Shown: piece by piece, positions 36,389 to 39,642 of the stretch | Position numbering within the stretch: the stretch's first letter is position 1 | How the letters are laid out: each line of letters opens with the position of its first letter | Assembly (NCBI RefSeq): GCF_001194135.2 | Contig: NC_068982.1 | Location: 154,178,646 to 154,218,287 of the forward strand | Direction of reading: 5' to 3' | DNA from: Octopus bimaculoides | Lineage: Eukaryota | Length of the DNA stretch: 39,642 bases | The notes under the pieces: generated by a model | Databases searched by the model: none | Seen by the model: only the letters and a program-made list of their open reading frames with translations | What the model was told of the DNA's origin: nothing | Made by a program: the position numbers and the translations under genes

Positions 36389-36854
36389 GAATCAACCTGA
36401 TTCCATGCTAGTTACCAAAGTCATGAAACATTTTCCATTGACAAAACTTCATATCTACCAACTAACATTACATAAAGTACAATTCTAAAATAAGATACAA
36501 TCCACTGACCTTTGTAGTGGTTACTACCAGAACTACGAGAAGCCTCTACATGATGATCCGACCCACTAGAGATAACAACCAAATATCTCTCAGCCCACAT
36601 TCTACAATCTTGAAAAAGGATACGTTAGATAATGTGGTCCTCTGTTCCCAGCTTATAAGAAATAGACTGGATAATCACGACTGGAATGCCTTTGAGCATA
36701 GACCCTCAATCTGTCAGGATGTGGAAGCTGTCTGTATTATTCAAACTACAATTGAATAATTGCGAATTTATTTACTATTAAAAGAAAATATCTATCCATG
36801 AATGCCGTGTTGATTGCTCAGTCTTTAGTTCTTTAGTATATATGTGCGTACGTT

Positions 36855-36871
36855 TGTGCATGCGCGCGCGC

Positions 36872-36934
<63 letters not shown>

Positions 36935-36935
36935 T
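36855..36935. repeat. (CG)n-(TG)n-(CG)n alternating tract
   Basis: Direct reading. Confidence 0.95.
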
Positions 36936-36959
36936 TTATTGCTTATTTAAGCTGGTTAT

Positions 36960-37180
36960 TTATCTTGCGACTATGTGGCTTATCTTTTAATCAGCTCTGA
37001 TCGACCAGATTTTATGATCAAAAGTATTCCATTGGCGACTATTCTGTCTTTTATTCAATCATAATCTACATCATACAATATACCAACCTTTTTTGTAAAA
37101 GACAATAGGTTGTGATTTAAAGGAGATTTGGTTATCATTACTAGCAGGTCGAGCGACCACGTAGAAGCTTTCTCATTCTT
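36960..37180 (-). repeat. Family D copy
   Basis: tcagctctgatcga...gatttggttatcattactagcaggtcgagcgaccacgtag. Confidence 0.6.
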
Positions 37181-39642
37181 AATATCTATCGACTGCTACA
37201 TGATCCTAGTTTCGTGTAATGTCACGGATAAATATTCTAGTTGCGTCTCAGGTTACGTTTGATATGCTATTGTATAATTCCAGTGGTGTCTCTACCTGTT
37301 GCCGACTGTTGAGAACCAAATTTATTTCACGTTTAAGTTCTATTATTATTATTATTATTATTTGTTTTTCATAAGATCTCTTGTCATTTATGAGCCAGTG
37401 TTTATTTTCGCTTTCTACAGTGGTAAGCAAATGAAAGACAATATTTTTCTGTGACATGTTTAATTGTAAGGATGCGGGAATTCTACCCTACAAACTAACG
37501 GATCTTTCAACGAGATGCCAACTGCCTTTCTTTCACATAGTTATTTGATAAGAATAATTTTTATTATATTCTTCCAATTACAGTTAGTTGGTAATCTTGC
37601 TCGAAGAAATTCTTTTTCAAAATATCCTTCACGTCTGGTACACCACGAAAGCGACCTAGCAGCCGAAGCCATCCCTTACAACTGGTAGAAATCAAAAACT
37701 TTCGCAATCCTATTAACCAAAATGAAGATTCAATAAAAACCTTCAACATGTAGAAATTAATCTTCTTCCTGAGCAAAACTATGTAGCGGTATATTTTCTT
37801 ACAAATATAATTTTAAATATATATATTAGGCTTTTGAATATACGGTTCATAAAAGATATAATAAAAATAGCATTATGTGGGACTCTTCTTATCAAACAAC
37901 TTGGCCATCCTTGCTATAGTATATTGACTGTTTTCAAGTTCAATTTTTTAACGAACGGGTGTGTCAAGATTACCTCAACCTTTACTATTATGTGCCAACA
38001 AACTAAGCCAAATGGACTTGCTTAATTCATTTCATCGACATATATAAGATTGGAAAACAATTATCTGAATGCCTTCAAAAGTTCTAATGTGCAGTGGTAT
38101 ATATTTACACAATGTACTTCAAGACGGTAATAAACCCAGTTTAATTAATCATAATAGTCACTTAAAGGAAATGTTTTCTTTTAAATTGTGTGTATATGTG
38201 TGTGCGCAAGTGTGTATGTGTGCGCGTGTATATGTGTGTGTGCCCGTGTGTATAAAATGGTTTTGTATTATGTACATAGTGAGATCTAGAATCGAAACCG
38301 TAGTACTCTAATGGCTGAGTCCAGTCTACACTGGAGTCAGGCGACGTACCCCGATTACTCACCAATACCACCCCATATCACAGAATGTTCTATGATGTTT
38401 CCCGCACAAAAGGAATTATAAAAGTGAAAGCGCGTCTAAATCAGCAGAGAGATTGAGAAAGCCACCGGATTACACATGTCCTCATCTCTTGCTAAAAACA
38501 AGCCAGAAAATGACCATGTAGATGCCTCTCGTTGAATCAGATATATTCTGGTAGTAACTACTGCAAAGGTGAATGAATTATATCTTATTTTAGAATTGTA
38601 CTTTACTTAACACTAGCTGCCTGATACGAGGTTACTAGTAGATGTATCTTGACTTTCGTAAATACCATGGCATCAAGTTAATCAATATATTAAAAAATAA
38701 AATAGCAACAACAAAAATATCAGCAAAAACTCAACTCTGAGGAACCCTTTGATGGTTTGCGTAGCCAAAAGTAATCACTAAAATTCATAAATGAACGTAA
38801 GTTTATGTACTGAAAGAAGAGGTGAGTTCAAGTGCTTTGAGCATGGTCCTTTTTCAACACCTTCCAGCCTTTAGTCCACACGTGTGTTGTTTCCCCACTA
38901 TGCATTTTCTATTACTACTATAGTGGCCTTTGTTCCTCGGAGGTTGTTAGTCATATGCTGTCTTCACCCGACTCGGTTATTTCCCATCCTCATGTCACCC
39001 ATATAATGTCTACTCAATTTCCCACGCCATACACTATGACCGATAATCATACCCAAGATGTCAACATTCTAGAATTCTATCCATATCCACGTCTATTTTT
39101 TTCTCAAGCCATTGACTTGCAGTTGTTAAAAAAAACGGTTAGTGTTTACTCTCACACCCGGCCACCAAAACAGAACAAAAAAATAATAATAAGTGTAATA
39201 GGTGTAAAAAAAAAATGTGTACTAAACGAATATGAAAACAAAAATTTGCGCCAACGAACCGGGGGTGAACTTTCGGAAAATTCACAAGAACCTATAGCTG
39301 GCCGCCAATACTTTTTCTGCAAAATAGGGGTAGCTTATCCTGTTCAGGCTATATTATTGGCATTATCATGCGCTTGAGAATTTAAAAATCATTTCTTTAA
39401 CTTTCTATGACATCTCAACGCTTCTAAAAACAAACTTCATTTGTTTCTTTACGTTTATCGTAATTTGAATTTAACACAAGAACTGATTCTTCCCCTCGTA
39501 ACTTTTAATGAAATTTTATATAAATACCTTTGAAACGGCATAGATTACGATTATAAAGAAATTTGTGAGGAAAATTTCCGAGTGGGTGGGGAGAGGACTT
39601 TCGAACAGAATGAAATTCATAAATTATATTTTTGCTTTAGTG

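Noticed and set aside
38350-38425. Minus-strand AG...GTGAGT segment reading HSVIWGGI
   Set aside because: More like a tiny Tc1 SVMVWG relic than a DNase exon; too short to call.
36395-38680. Inverted similarity between about 36395-36620 and about 38490-38680, and an exon-like GSDHHVEASR segment
   Set aside because: Diverged copies of a dispersed repeat linked to family D; not an exon or a specific hairpin.
1-39642. CRISPR array, rRNA or prokaryotic defence system
   Set aside because: No regularly spaced repeat-spacer array or rRNA similarity; the DNA is clearly intron-containing and eukaryotic.

Overview
This is AT-rich, repeat-dense animal genomic DNA with four assembly gaps. The SINE, microsatellite and transposon landscape suggests Octopus or another coleoid cephalopod (inference). 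One gene is well supported: a plus-strand FBXO30/FBXO40-family F-box gene with exons at 1743-1796 (likely), 2539-4395 and 5402-5605. An isolated minus-strand exon at 36000-36095 carries the DNase I-type SDHYP motif. The rest is mostly decayed mobile DNA: RTE-clade LINE remnants (one with a PHD finger), two mariners, a Tc1 derivative, three hAT MITEs and several SINE families. The most unusual structures are three large foldbacks: a ~440-bp palindrome with a tRNA-like centre and a hammerhead-ribozyme-like core in each arm (11.5-12.0 kb), a ~1-kb palindrome built from two Tc1 3' halves (20.5-21.6 kb), and a 100%-identical 189-bp inverted repeat (32.3-33.1 kb). CpG content also rises sharply at about 25.3 kb. 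All alignments were done by eye and no database searches were run.
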